DNA of 64,000 nucleotides from NCBI GenBank assembly GCA_013239625.1, contig MU054187.1:4599757-4663756 (forward strand), read 5' to 3'. Of the stretch, positions 12,138 to 25,956 are shown in pieces (within the stretch, counting starts at the first letter, position 1; each line of letters begins with the position of its first letter). This DNA comes from Lama guanicoe (taxonomy: Eukaryota). Under the pieces are notes generated by a model. The model saw only the letters and a list, made by a program, of their open reading frames with translations, searched no databases and was not told the origin of the DNA. Made by a program: the position numbers and the translations under genes.

Positions 12138-14729
12138 CTGTAACACTGCCAGTCACAACACTTAAGCCATGATTGAATCAGCCAAAATGTTTAGCCACCT
12201 CCTCTGGCTCTGGCTCAGAACAAAATCAGACAGTTGCAAATGCATCCACTTGGGTTCCCGGGAGAATCAAAGCTTATAAAATTATTCCTCATTCGCTTAC
12301 AGCAAAATCTCTTGCAATCAGTTCCTTAGTGGAAAATCGGCACCACTTACTCATTGGACATGATACAGCACACACACAGGCCACCAAAGCGCTGGATGCT
12401 GAGGACTGTGCAGACATAAATATAACAAATCATGTCAGAATCGGGTGGGGAGGGCCACCGCGCAGCCTTCAGCAGCCGAGGTCCTTGAAGACTGTTTCGG
12501 AGCCAAGGAGGGGAAGTCATGGGAATGATAAACTAGTCAGCGTCATGTTACGCTGGATGAGACCAACTGTCTACAATTCCTTGTCAACTATCTTTCCTTC
12601 CATGAGACAGAACAAACTCCCCATCATATGCAAAAAGGATGCTCGACCAGTAGACCATTTCCAGAGATGAAGAAAGTCTTGTTACGGTTAGCTCTGAATG
12701 AATCAGCCACAAAAACAAGAGCTGTTATTTTTTGGCCAATTTCAAAAACACTGTGAACGATTAACATGGCTTTTCTAGTAGTAAAATATATAAACAAATA
12801 AATGAACACCGAAGCATCCAGGCAGGCCAGACCAGGGCCACCGGAGCCTAAGAGCGGACAGAGCCTGGGTGTTGGCGCCTTCTGGGGTTCAGTCAGAGGA
12901 ACAAAACTCAGAGAAGGCTCCTGAGATGCAAAGAGCGGGCTGCGACACGTGGAACGGAGGTCTCACCCCAGGACTGCAGGTGTTTCTTTATCAGAACAAG
13001 ATGTCAGTAAGCGCAGAGACCCAAACACAGCATTCCGAACTGCCCGATGGACTTTCTTTTTTTTCTTTGCCAGCACTGTGTTTACTGGTCAGATGTAAAG
13101 AAAGATGATGGATGAAAGGTTTTAGAAACGCCACGCATCAGAGCTGCCACCACCCAACACATCTGTGTCCCGGAACGAAGGTCACAGAAGAACAATCATT
13201 GTTACCTCTTCACCAGGAAACAAAGCCACGCTGTCCCTCAGCCCCGATACATGGACAGGGCGCCGCCCACAGCCAGGGATCTGAAGGGGGCGGTTTCCTG
13301 TTCGATCAGCCTGGGTCCAGTAAGGAGAGAGAAACCACCCCGTGATTGAAGCAGGGGTGGTTTAACACAACGAATAATGAGATAAAAAGGCACTGTCTAG
13401 TCTGCTCTTAGGGAGAGAGGGCTTGGAGAGAACCAAGAAGGGCAGACTCAAAAGACCCCCCTTCCTCCCCAAGGCTGGGGGTCCCATCTCACTGCAGATG
13501 GTGCATCTCAGCTCCTCAGAGAACAGGCACGTTGCTGGTTCGCTGTCACGGGGGAGGTAGAGGTCAGCCATCTGGAGTACTGGGGTGCCTGTGGTGACAA
13601 CTGGTGGCGGGGGCGCCCGGGGAGCTTTCCAGGCCCAGGCGGGCCCACGCAGCCACCAGAGGACGCTGGGGCGCAGCTCACCCTGGGACCTACAGAGCAG
13701 CAGGGGGCACTTCCCCCTCATAGTGTCCCCCTCCCGACCCCGAGAAGGTGGACAACAGTACTGACTGTGATGGAAGAGATGCTTGCAGGAAGCAGTGGAC
13801 CCAAGAGGCCACGCTCTGCAAACTGGACCACATGGTCACCTCGAAGGCCCAGGGGTTGCTGGTGCGCATCCCTTTGCAGAGAGGAGACAGCTGAGATGGG
13901 GCAAGTTAACTGCTAAAGGTCACCTCCCCAGCAGCTGTGCCTGCGTGATCCCAGAAGCCACGTTCTTAACTACTGCACTGTTACTACGCTCCATCGCAAA
14001 AGATGCTCAGAGCCTCTGTAAGGGCCCTGTTTACGACAGGAAGCTCTTTTCTTAAAAGCTCTGGAATTTGTTAATAAACCATCAAAATTGGGGGGGGGGG
14101 TTGGTTTGGTTTGGTTTAGTTGGGTTTTTGCAGCCTTGAGGAGCCATCCTTCCCTTCCGTTCTGCAGCACTTTGACTCTGCTGAGCACATAGACACGCTT
14201 AACCAGATGTGAAGAAAAGGAACCCACCACATATGAAAGGTCAACAGTGACAAAGCAGTGGGAACCTGTGTCCATGGGGACCCGCTCAGGGCCCTGCACT
14301 CCGTCAGACTCAGGGAGAAATGGAAAAGGAGAGACGATTCAATATGTGAAGATTTTCTCAACTGAAAGACTCAACAGATTTCTCCCTCTCCCCCAAGGTC
14401 TAAATATGAGGAAATGAACTTGCATTAAAATCAGACAGATTTCCGCTGAATGTGTAGAACTTCTTACCCATTTACAATGATGAAACACTAGAATAAAGTT
14501 CGCTCTGAACTAAGTTAAATCTCTTTCCTGGAGATATTAAAGCAGAAAATCAAAACTATCTATCATGAATGATTTCGACATTCCTCTAGATGAAAACAGC
14601 AGTTTCTCAGGGTCCTGCCATGTCCCAAATCTCCTATATGCCTTGGCCAACTTTAATTCTTTCTTGCCACAGAGGCAAGTGCCTTCCAAGGACAATGGGC
14701 CAGCAAGGGGCATTTTATTAAGAAGAGTT

Positions 14730-14885
14730 CACGTTTATTGAGTGGTCATGCTCACCGAGTGCAACACTGCAAAGTAAGCATCACATTATCTCCAGTTTAC
14801 AGAATCGGAGGCTCAGAGAAGTCAAGAAGCTTATCAGAGGTCACACAGCAAATAAATAGTAGTCAGTATTCTAACCCAGGACTAT
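14730..14885 (+). mobile_element. MIR SINE
   Basis: tttacagaatcggaggctcagagaagtcaagaagcttatcagaggtcacacagc core. Confidence 0.75.
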
Positions 14886-14948
14886 CTATGAATAAGTCTG
14901 CATGACCCCATGGATAAACCATGTCTTTTTATCCTTCCAGCAGCCTAC

Positions 14949-15026
14949 CTAATAGTAACCTTTGGAGGCTGACCCCTCCACTCCTGCAAATGCTCCAGGA
15001 CACCCCCAAAATCTGCCAAGTCTAAT
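14949..15026 (-). CDS. Candidate exon (78 nt, phase 2 to 2): LDLADFGGVLEHLQEWRGQPPKVTI
   Basis: Acceptor ttgcttgtgcag, donor TAG|gtaggc, open frame. Confidence 0.68.
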   Translation of the reverse strand: MRLGRFWGCPGAFAGVEGSASKGYY

Positions 15027-15543
15027 CTGCACAAGCAACATAACATTGCATGCCTGGAAAATAGGCCATGAATGGAAACAGAAGGATAACTGATAAAAAC
15101 ATAAAAAAAAAAGTGAAAGATTAAGGAACACACACTGTATTATATCTCTACCACCCAGGATCTCATAAAATCACAGAGAATTGACTGGGTTCACAAAATT
15201 AATCTGAAGGGAGAAATGATTGGCAGAGACCTAGTGAAGCAGGAGACAGCCCCCCACCCCCGTCAGTTTTGCAAGGGGAACGTGTGAAAACTGGACGACT
15301 GGGCACAGCATTGTTCCCGTCTCTGAGCTCGCAGAAACGGCGCCAGCCGAGAGACACAGGCCCATTTGTTTCTCTGAGGCATTGGGTTTCCGTGTTTTGA
15401 TAACTAAAGATTCTCCCCTTCCCCGTTGTCGTTAACCATTTGCATTTGGAGTCACAGAAGGAGGGAGCAAATCCCTTTAACACGGATGCCTCCTGGGGAT
15501 AGCACCACCTGTTGTGAGCCTTAACTCCATGGGTGGTTAGTAC

Positions 15544-15638
15544 CTTTCCGAGAAGCAGGGCTCCCCCAAGGCCTCCCCAGACCCCCAGCTGGACGACTCA
15601 GGATCCCCGTTGCCCTCCTCGGTCCAGGTGCCTTCAAG
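15544..15638 (-). CDS. Candidate exon (95 nt, phase 0 to 2): LEGTWTEEGNGDPESSSWGSGEALGEPCFSE
   Basis: Acceptor taacttccag, donor AAG|gtacta, open frame. Confidence 0.55.
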
Positions 15639-17459
15639 CTGGAAGTTACTTGTGAGAACTCTACCAACACTCTTCATTCGCCTTGGAAGATTTTCACAAA
15701 GCACTCCTAAATGCTCAACCAGCAAAACATCATCTCTGTTCTGTACCTTTTTCAACATTAAAATAAACATTTATGTGTTGAGGACTTAGATTCAAAGATG
15801 AATAAAAGACTTACTTTTCTGACCTCATGACCTTCTGAAGGCTCTATCCCCAAATACAGTCACACTGGGAGGTCGTGTTTCATGTAAAACACAGCCTCCA
15901 GCACCTTCAGAATGACTGGAGAGGCCCAGGTGGTAGGCAGTCAGGGCAAGGAGGGCATCACAGGCAAATACACCAGTGAGCAGAGGTCAAAAAGCAGAGG
16001 CAGAAACAGCACATCAGGGGACGCCCGTAAGTCCACACGGCTGACACCACGGAGGACGTGGCGAGAGCCAGGCACAGGGGGAAAGCCTCCAATGCTTTCT
16101 AAGCAGCGTGTCCTTTCTGTGGGCAATTAGATTTTTGCTGGACTCTTAATTACAAGGTTGAACAGATTTGCATTTTAGGAAAAAAAAAAAGCAGTTGGTC
16201 CACATTTGAAGAATAAATAGTAGCACAAAGGGAATTGGGATCCTGAGCTCAAGCCATGGACACTGCGATTATCCCAGCAAGGAGCATGAGGGGTTTTGCC
16301 AAGACAGTAGCAATGGGCGTGAGGGTGCAGCACACATCTGAGGGTTACTGAGGAGGCAGGACAGGAGGGACGACTGGCCGAGGAGCGTGGCGAGGGGGAA
16401 AGGGGAGGAGAACCCTAGTTGTCTGCGATGGATGCCTGAGTGCTATTCATGTCCTTACAGCTTCACTGTAGTCAAGTGAGAACCATGTACTTTGCTTTTT
16501 GTTGTTGCTGTTGTTCCACCGCGGATGACCCCTCAGCCCCTCCCATAAATTTCACGTAACACGCTGGTGGGTCTATGGATCAAGGAGTAAAGATGATACA
16601 AACCACAATCAGTATAAAAACTCGAGTTTAATACTTAACAATGGTAGGAAATTTGATGAAATAAATAATAGTATCACAATATGAAGCTTAGTGTGTGCAA
16701 ATACTTTGTACGTTGCACTAAACTAATGGTAATTATAAGAGTTTGTAATTAGTTAACCCAACAGACCCCACATATTATCATTTCACACATAATTGAAATA
16801 AAAATTATTACTAAAATACATTGTATTTTTTATTCTTGGTCACTGGAATCTAATTCCTGTTTTACACGGTTAGCACAACTCATTCTGGACAAGTTACATT
16901 TCAAGTGCTCAGCAGCCACGTGCCACAGGGGGTCCCATGATGGACAGCACAGGTCTCAACCATGAGAAGTTCTTGACGCAAGAAATCAAATAACGGAAAC
17001 CATTATTCACTAATTAAAGTACTTTTTACTGTAGAATTATAAAACACTGAGTGTTGTTTTAAAGAACATATCATTATTTTAAATTCTGGCTTCCCAAATC
17101 TGTATAAGAAGCCAAAGATTAATGTTCCCGTTTTGTAAATTTTCCGACACATTGCTTATAAGCCGTCCGACATGTGACTGCCCAGATATTTGATTAGACT
17201 GTTTACCTCGCTGAAGCTATAAACAAGACACCCTCTGCCTCCAGAGACTAGTCGGAGGACTTCAGGGGATAAGAAGGCGTCTACTCTCATTACACGCATA
17301 ATCTTGCTGCTAAAGAGAGCACAGGAGACTTGTAAAGCTTTATGGATATTTGATGCAGTCAGGCAGTAAATTTAGCTTGGTTTACCAATATTTACTTGTC
17401 ACCAGTACAGAAATCTGGCTAAAAACAAATTTGATGGTAATCCTGGGATTAGTATGAAC

Positions 17460-17880
17460 ACATTAAACCTCCATGCTGTTTTCCATCTTGGCTGCACCAA
17501 TTTACATCCCCAGCAACAGTGCACGAGGAAGGGTTCCCTCTCCTCCAAGTCCTTGCCTTGTCTTTTTGATAGCAGACATTCTAACAAGTGTGGGGTGATA
17601 CTCACTGTGGTTTCGAATTGCATTTCCCTGGTCATTAATGATGTAGAGCATCTTTTCATGTACCTCTTGGCCGTCTATATGTCTGTTTTGGAAAAATGTT
17701 TATTCAGATCTTCTGCTCATTTTTTAAATGAATTATTTGGGATTTATTTTTGCTATTGAGTTGTATAAATTCTTTATATAGAGAGTAGATATTAGCCCCT
17801 TATCGGATATATAAATTTGAAAATATTTTCTCCCATGAAATGCTTTTTCTTTCTTTTTTTTTTTTTTTGATTGTTTCCTT
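17460..17880 (-). mobile_element. LINE-1 ORF2 3' fragment
   Basis: Remnant MKRCSTSLMTREMQFETT resembles L1 ORF2. Confidence 0.85.
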
Positions 17881-18434
17881 TCCCCACCTTCTGCTGACGG
17901 TAGTGAAAACTGGTACAAGTTCTATACACAGAAGTTGGTAATAGCCACTGAATTTTAAAATGTCAATGACCTTTGACCCAGAAATTTTATCCCTCGGAAT
18001 TTGTTCCTCAGATACATAGGATATGTATAAAGTTGTTCAATGATGAATTATTTGTGAGCATAAAAGGTTAAAAATAAATTAAATATCCAATAGTAGGGAA
18101 TTACTGAAGTAAACTTTGCTAGCTAGAAAACAGACTACTTTCACTTTGCAAAAGAATGAAATTGCTCTACGTATTTTGTAATGTGACAATCCCCAAGATA
18201 TATTGTTAAATGAAAAAACAAGTGTAGACCATTTGCATAAGGCTAAAAGCATGTACGTGTAAATGCTTGTGTAAGCATTGAAGTCTCTGAAGGATATGAA
18301 AACTGATAACCGTGCATGAGAAGGATCCTGGTGGCTGGGGCTATGAGGAAGACTCCCCTTTTACACTGAGAATTTTTAAAGTTTGTCCCATGAACATGTT
18401 GATCAGTGTGTTAATATAAGAAAAGGCCACTTAT

Positions 18435-18496
18435 CTCAGTGGTAATAACCACAGTTGTTATGGTAACTAGTCTTGGTTCGTCCAACTGGAAAATGG
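18435..18496 (-). pseudogene. Candidate exon (62 nt, phase 1 to 0): IFQLDEPRLVTITTVVITTE, with non-canonical donor GAG|ataagt
   Basis: Acceptor gctttttcccag; phase bridges the 24126 and 15638 exons; donor matches consensus except at +1. Confidence 0.5.
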
Positions 18497-19229
18497 CTGG
18501 GAAAAAGCACTTGAACTGTAGGAGATAAAATTAAACCTTCTATGGGACGAATTTTATGCAAATTTATACTAATTTTTGCTTTTTGAATATAGGTTTTGGA
18601 TTCTCCTGCCAAATGTACAAAACAAAAATATAGCAAGAAAATTAATATCTTTCTAATAGCCAAAATTATTGTGAATGTGATGGTACTACCAAACAGCTAA
18701 TTTAGTAAAAGGATTTTTTTTAAGTAACTACTCAATATTCAATAAAACTGAGTACTGCTACTGGGTACTAACCCATAGCCTAAGGGACTTGGTTTACTGA
18801 TTATACAGAAAATGTAACCATCTCTCACAAGTCAGACACACAATCAGGAAGAGACCACACAACCAAAGACACTGGGCCTTGCTATCTTCAAGGAAATATT
18901 CTCAGGTGTCTTACTGGTCCGTTTGGAATGCATCATCTGTTTGTTTCTATGACCAAATAAAACCAGTGAGGCTGTAGAATTACCACTCAGGCTCTTACTA
19001 AGACTTCATGTACCACCATCTTCTGCCCGGTTTATGAAACTAGCAATGTTGTGTGCTAGGTAAATACTCATGCCTAAAACTGGGAGCGTCAGAGTTGGAA
19101 AAGTGAGACGGAATGAAAAAAAAAAGTTAATTATTTTGTTTGGGGAACAAGAGATGGAACACATATAATAACATTCAGTTACAAAACTCAAACCTTGTGT
19201 CAACTACTTCTCCCTCCGAGTCATTCCTC

Positions 19230-19730
19230 GGAGACAGTCTCTGACAGCACACCGCTCACAGCCAGACCTTGGTGTTCTTCCTTTGAACATAAACAATTTC
19301 ACAGAACACCAGCGACGTCAGACAAGGTCACACTGTGACCATGATAAAGCCGTCAAAAAGCAAGCCCACTCCATCATTTAATCTAAGGACAGACAACAAC
19401 AAGGTCACTGTGAAAACCACGAAACCACTCAACACACCCCTCCTTACGAATGTGACTGATAATTCTTTACTAACTGCAGTGTTGACCTCACTTTAGTCTT
19501 CCTGTTAAGATTTATCAAGATATTCAAGCACAGAATTGTCCCTGCTTCCACACAGCTTCCACTTCAGAATTAAAGTCCAGTTCCATAGACCTTCCCCCAG
19601 ATTACTGAACATCTTGCTGAGATGCCCACCATTCTCCATAGTGTGCGATCTCCCCTGCTGTAATTTACAATAAACCCAACTTGCTCAACTACAGTGTAAT
19701 TTTGGTGATCTTTGGCTGGGAGGGCAAAAG
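19230..19730 (+). mobile_element. Probable old ERV solo LTR
   Basis: LTR-like 3' part with aataaacccaacttgctcaactaca; boundaries approximate. Confidence 0.5.
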
Positions 19731-20507
19731 AGTTATCTACACCCTATGATGTACTTCTTCTTCAATTCTCTCTTAAGCGCATGCCAATCTGGCTTTCATC
19801 CATACTAAGCCACTGAAACTGATCTTGTCAATGTCACCAGTGACTTCTACACCACTAAATCAATGGTCAATTCCTGGTCCTCGCGTTACTTGAATCATAC
19901 ATATATATATTCATGATCAAACATAAAGCACAGATAATACTAATGTTAAAAAAACTGTTGAAGTTAGTTGAAGAGGTCTAAAATATTGCTCAAATTTTTA
20001 ATAGCCCAATGGTAATCCATTTTCTAAAATTCAGTATGTAATATTGGATAATGGAACAAAAGATTCAATATATTGTTATATAAGTATAATGTAATTATAA
20101 CTATTCAAGGAAAATACTAAATAGTCACCTTGTGCATATACAAGCCAGCTCTCAAAACAATTATAGCATTAAATATTTAGAACGTACAGGCCCAATATTC
20201 ACCAAGTCATCTTAAGTTATAACTTTAAAGTCTATCCTTTAACATAACCCAAGAGTTTACTTCTTCTCGCTGGACACCTTTCCTTGATGTCCTAGCATGG
20301 CCTAAAAGTGAGGGGTGACCTCAGATGGAAGCATTTTCTAGATTTGAATGTTAATGGCGTAGCAGTGAACTCTGAGCATTAACAGGAAGCAGAGGTTTCA
20401 TAGGATTGCTACTCCTTTCCCGTGCCCCAACTCTGCTTCCAGACTCATTCGTGCCTTCAGATTGGCTCTGGAGTCTCCAAGACTCAACACAAGACATGGC
20501 TAACCAC

Positions 20508-20875
20508 TGTTATAACCTGAATGTTCACATCTCCCCGTCATTCATCTGTTGAGGCCCTAAATCCTGACATGATGGTATTTGAAGATGGAGCTTTTGGGAG
20601 GTAAGTAGGTTTAGAAGAGGGTGTGAGGTTGGGAATCTCATAATAGAATTAGTCTCTCTCTCTCCCCCCCCCCCCACCCTCCCTTGACCTCTCAGCTACA
20701 TGAGGATACAGAAGGGAAGCCACTTACAAGCCAGGAAGAGGGCCCTCACCAAAACCCAAATCTGCTAGCACCTTGACCTTGCACATCCTAGCCTCCATAA
20801 CTCTAGTAGTAAATGCCTATCACTGAAGTCCCCACTCTGTGGCATTCTGTCATGGCAGCCTCAGCTGGCTAAGAG
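20508..20875 (+). mobile_element. MaLR (MLT1-type) LTR
   Basis: tacaagccaggaagagggccctcacca...tctgctagcaccttgaccttgcacatcctagcctcca. Confidence 0.8.
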
Positions 20876-21502
20876 AGCTAGCGTCCCACCAACAGCATTT
20901 GTGAAGGAGCTTTACCATAACCTGTTCTCCGGAGAAAATAAGATGGGTTTGGTCCTTACTGATAAAGCATGAGTGTTCAGTTGGGACATTCAGTGATAAC
21001 GTACCTGTAAGCATTTTTTAACATTCGAGAGGAATTACAATTTTCAGATAGATTTGAAAAGTGTGCTGAGTATTAGATTTATGTTTTTAGAAGAAACTAC
21101 ATTTAGAAAGTAATTTTACTCCTGGATAAAACATTTTATTTTCGTAACAGAGATATTTGGAATAAGCTTGGGGGGTTGTTCCAAATGAAATGATAAAGTT
21201 TATGTCACAGTTTAAAATATTGTCAACATTTTCAGCCTATCCTACTAAACTTGGGCCTGAGGCTTGCAAATCATTTGGTTGTCATCTGCCCAAAATAAAA
21301 TCTTATCTTTTGAGACATCTGTGTAAGGGGCTAAAACACTGAAGGACATACAATTATTCATTGCTATTGTTTCCAGTTTGAATAGAAAAGTTGGAGCAAA
21401 ATCGCCCTATTTAAGATCATCAGGTATTTAAGATCAGTTATGCACTGTGTAATTTATGAAATGAGCTGTTTTTTCACATTTTCCATAGATCACTCATTTT
21501 AA

Positions 21503-21707
21503 TTTTTTACATGTATACATACATATATGTGTATTTTCAGATTCTTTTCCATGTATGTTATAAGAAATTGAATATAGTTCCCTGTGCTATATAGTAGGCC
21601 CCTGTTGTTGATCTATTTTACATATAGTAATGTATATCTGTTAACCCCAGTCTCCTAATTTATCCCTCCCCTGCCCTTTCCCCTTTGGTAACCATTGTTT
21701 GTTTTCC
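21503..21707 (-). mobile_element. Short L1 3' fragment with perfect 17-bp TSD
   Basis: tagatcactcattttaa at 21486-21502 and 21708-21724; body matches other L1 3'UTR copies in the window. Confidence 0.88.
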
Positions 21708-22999
21708 TAGATCACTCATTTTAACTTAGATTCTAAGCCATTTAAGAGCGAGGATTATACTTTATTTGAAATTTTCACAGTAATTCCCTAGTTATGCCAA
21801 GAATCATAGTTTAAATCGACTGCCCAGCACAGCTCTTGAAAAATTCTTAACTGCCAAAGGTTCCATCTAAATTATCTCCCTATCAGTGCATTAGTAAGTC
21901 AACGCACACTGCTCCGTTCCCTTAGGAATTTTCATACCTAATAAATATGCCAGACTAACTGCAAGAGGACTGACTCAGGACACTGGACATTTCTAGACCA
22001 CACCTCTATGGGTTAAAGGGTGGAAAAACAAGAAAGGGCTAGCAGGCCTGTCAAATACAACCTTTGCCTTCTAACCCTAGAAGGTAAAACAGGGCCACAA
22101 CACAGCAACAGCATCCTCTGGTTGACATCATCCCCAACCCGGGAGCAATATGGAAACTATTTAAGATTCAGAGGGGGAAATTGCAATCCTCTATTTCTGC
22201 TCTCTTTATCTCCACTCTTGAGTGGGCAGGGACATTCAGATGGGTAGATTCACGTTTCAGGAGGAAGGATGGTATCCGGGTTGGAGTGATGGAGACAGCT
22301 GAGTATCCACCAAAATCCCTTCTTGCGTTGAACACAACACAGCCAGAGACAAGGGAATCAGTAACACCCACTTTGAAGTGTGAGTAAGAAATTAACTTTT
22401 GTTGTACTTGAGCCATTATAGTTTTTCAGTTTGTTTGTTACAACGAATAACTCACCCTAATAATAGAAGTGTGTAGTAGTGTATCCAGAATTCTACTTAC
22501 AGGCATCAGCACAAGGAAATAATTACAGATTTGCAAAAAAAAATTCATGCCCAAAGATGTTATCACAGCATTATACACGACGGTAAAGCAACTGACAATC
22601 TAAAGGTCAAAGAAAAGGTAGTCAGGCAAGTAAATATATTTATGATAAAATATTTTTGAGCATTTTAAATAGACTTTTTAAAGTCAAAAGATAGAATAAT
22701 TTTAAAAGAGGCTAATTAACATTTTCAAAGTAGTTGCCACATCACAGGCACTGTTCTTTCTAAACACTTTAGTCTTCACAACGACCCTGTTATCTGCATT
22801 TTATGGACATGAAAACTGAAGCACTGAGGTTAAATAATTTACCTAAGTTCACACAGCCAATACATGGCTAAGAAATGAACATATAATGGTATGTGAAAAT
22901 AGCTATTAGATGTGAAGATTAGAAAGCAGAGAACAAAACAGATATACATTCTTATCTCTCTTACTCTGTATGAATGAGTTGGGCCAACTGAGGGCCATT

Positions 23000-24050
23000 C
23001 ATTCATTCATTCATCCATTCATTCAAGAAGATTTACTGAGGACTCTCTAGGTGTAGGGGCTGCTCTTGAGGAGTAAGACTGACCTCATAAGCCTTCCATT
23101 CAAGGAAGAGAAACATAAGAAATAAATAATACAAAATAAAATATCATTTGAGAAGTGCTATACAGGAAAGCCAGGTGAGGGGTAGAGTGGATGTGGGGGT
23201 GGGGCACGCACCTTAGGAAGGACCATCAGAGAAGCTCTCTCTACGAGGGTGATGTTTGGACCGAGACAAGCAAGCAGGTCATGCAGAGTTCTAGGCAAGG
23301 ATTCTGTTCTGGGTAGAGGGCAATGCAAAAACCTTGAGGTAGGAATGAACTTGTAGTGTTTGAGGAACAGCAGGAAAGCCAAGGTGGCAGTAATGAAACT
23401 CACAAGAGAAGAAAGAGGGAGGAGGGGAGGTTGGGGACAGGCAGGCCCGGTTCGCACTGGGAAGGACTTTGGCTCTGTTCTAAATGAGATGGGAAGTGGT
23501 GCAGGTTGAGTTCCTTGGGATAGACTCTAGGGTGGAAATGTGTGGGTGGGAAGTTTTTGGGAAGTGCTCTCAGGCATCTGTATCTACAGAAGAGGGAAGG
23601 AAACAGAATTTGGCCGAGGGAGAAGGGGAACTGTGATGCAGCCTAACCCACGGGAAGCCCTGGAGTTAGTGGCCAATTATGATGCAGGTTTTACATCCCT
23701 GCATCAACCATCAGTGAATTCGGGCTGCCAGGAGGGTGACCTTGGACGAGGCAACTCTCTTCAGCAGAGCAATTCCTAAAGAGAGACTCAGCTGAGGGCT
23801 GTTAGCTGCCAACTGTCCCAGCATCTGGGACATTGGTGCTTCAGTCCTGGAGAGGGCTATCTGGGCAGCACACCAGAGCATCCACTACAGGAAGCCACTG
23901 GAGGGTTTTGAGCAAGTAGTGACATGATTGGAATCACATTTTTTAAGGATCACTCTGGCTGCTGTGTTGAGAAATGACTGTGGGATTAAGAGCAGAAACA
24001 GGGAAACCAGTGAGAAAGTGAGTGGCCTGGCAGATATCCAAAGCAATTTC
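23000..24050. mobile_element. L2 remnant interrupted by an LTR
   Basis: (ttca)n end and L2-like phrases (tgtttgaggaacagcaggaaagcc; ttttaaggatcactctggctgctgtg). Confidence 0.75.
23497..23889. mobile_element. Solo LTR (ERVL/MaLR class) nested in L2
   Basis: TG...CA ends; 5-bp TSD ggaag at 23492-23496 and 23890-23894. Confidence 0.75.
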
Positions 24051-24125
24051 TTGGTTAGTAATATCAGAGAATCGGAGCATCCATTGGAGAATCCCATTTA
24101 TTCCTTTAACAGGAGCAAGACTTAC

Positions 24126-24201
24126 GTCTGAAGAAAGCTACACAGTTCCCAGGAGGCACCATCAGTCCCACTTCAGAGAGAGACATCGCCATGATCACAT
24201 T
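24126..24201 (-). CDS. Candidate exon (76 nt, phase 0 to 1): NVIMAMSLSEVGLMVPPGNCVAFFR
   Basis: Acceptor ataattgcag, consensus donor GAC|gtaagt, open frame. Confidence 0.72.
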
Positions 24202-25030
24202 CTGCAATTATAACAATAAATTGATCTAGAAAATCTGGTGATCTTAGACAAGAAGGACTTGAACCATAAGGGTGACTTTGCTATATTCCATTAAGAAAGC
24301 TGGGAAATGGTGTAGCTGTTAATTGAAGTTGACAACATAGACAAAAACGGAAATGCCAATTTTCCCACCCCAGGAAGGAGCCATGTTTGGTCTAGGCTAC
24401 AGAAAACCTGACCACAGTAAGCGCAGCGATAGATACAGGTGCAAAAATGCCAGACCAAAAGTTAAACCAAATCATCTGGTACATAAACTCAACAGGTCAT
24501 AGAGTAAATTAGTAAATATTTTGCCAGTCTGGATCTTAAAATCCCCTCCCCTCAAGAAAGTGGTCCTGAAACTTTCCTGTGCATGGGAACCACCTTGGAT
24601 GCTTGTTGAAGCAAGTTCCAGGGTTCAGTCTCGAAGACTTGACACAGGTCTGGGTGTGGCTCAAGCACCCAGGATGATTCTGGGGGAGGTGGTTGATGGA
24701 CCATCTTTGGGAAACACCATTTCAGGGAACTTTCACCAAAAAGCAGAAGGCAACTTGGGTTCTCATGTTGGTGACCAGTCATCTTGGTATGTGGAGCCAT
24801 TTCATGCAATTGTGAATGGATCCGTGGTCATTATCACCATAAAGAGCCTCTGCCCCAAACATCTGTATGTCATCCTTCAACGTGCCTGGTTTAAAATATC
24901 CCTCAGTCACAAAGTCCTGTAAACCTGAGTTCACAATGTTAGTGCCAGACAGTAACTCAGCTGAAAGTGATTAGCTGAAGGCAGTGTCACAAACGAGATC
25001 ACAGAAAGACAGGTAATGACTTGTACTTAC

Positions 25031-25159
25031 CGCCACGTCTGCTACACTGCATAAGAAAGTTTTGGTTTCACACCCAAAGTGAAAGAAAAACTTAAAGTCC
25101 CATAAATAATGCATTGAAGAGAGAAGAGTTGTTCTAATGCAGTGTCTGGAGAGGCCCTG
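25031..25159 (-). CDS. Candidate exon (129 or 126 nt, phase 0 to 0): (Q)GLSRHCIRTTLLSSMHYLWDFKFFFHFGCETKTFLCSVADVA
   Basis: Tandem acceptor ttttatcttag|cag, consensus donor GCG|gtaagt, open frame. Confidence 0.75.
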
Positions 25160-25956
25160 CTAAGATAAAAGGCTCTGTTCAGTGTTGATCTTGCTGGCAG
25201 AGAACAAGGCGAGCAGTGAGGCAGAGCTGTAATTGACCCAAAGCATATACGAGAAATGAACCAAGGAGACTGTGGGTTTGAAAAGCCAACAACAGAGTTA
25301 GGTAGCAGTAGGGGAGAAGTCCAATAAATCTGCAATTCAAGTGATATGAAAACACATTTGATTCAATATACTGATGTACTGAATTTGTATGAAATTTGAC
25401 CTTTTGTCCTAGTGTATTTGGCAAGGTACAAAAATAAATTTGAGGTTAAAGCTTTGGCATCCTGTCTCTCTTAGGCACACAAAAGGGTACAATTAACCAG
25501 AACAGCTGGTTAAAAGCTTTATCGGAACCTCCAGGAAGCCAATACATTCCACTACTGAGACTAGAAGCTGAATTCTACAATCAATATGAAATTTGTAATC
25601 CAAGATTCTTATTAATTCTGATCAACAGAAAGTCTAGTCTTCTTATAGGACTATACAACTAGTGTTAGAGCATCCATTTGATGCTTTTGTGAGCAGATAT
25701 TTAAAAAACTGCCTTCTTCCAAAGTTCTATTATCAAACATAAAGAGAGAAAGACTGTCATTTGACAAAAGGCCTGATATAGAAAATTATATTTAGTATAA
25801 AATAGTCAATTCTTAATCATCTGCAAGAATCAAGAAATAAAAGAGCAAAAAATGGTTAATACTTGACTTTGATGTTTATAATATCTTACAGATTTATCTT
25901 ATGAACTGTTTTCTCTTGAAAAAATACTACACTTAAGATATTTTGGACTCATTTAC

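Noticed and set aside
12173..12670. Longest ORF in the track (165 aa, plus strand)
   Set aside because: Non-ATG start, no recognisable domain, no supporting splice chain; probably chance
24760..24890. Extra minus-strand exon (TLKDDIQMFGAEALYG...)
   Set aside because: Phase-incompatible with the flanking exons, which already join directly, and it ends in a stop
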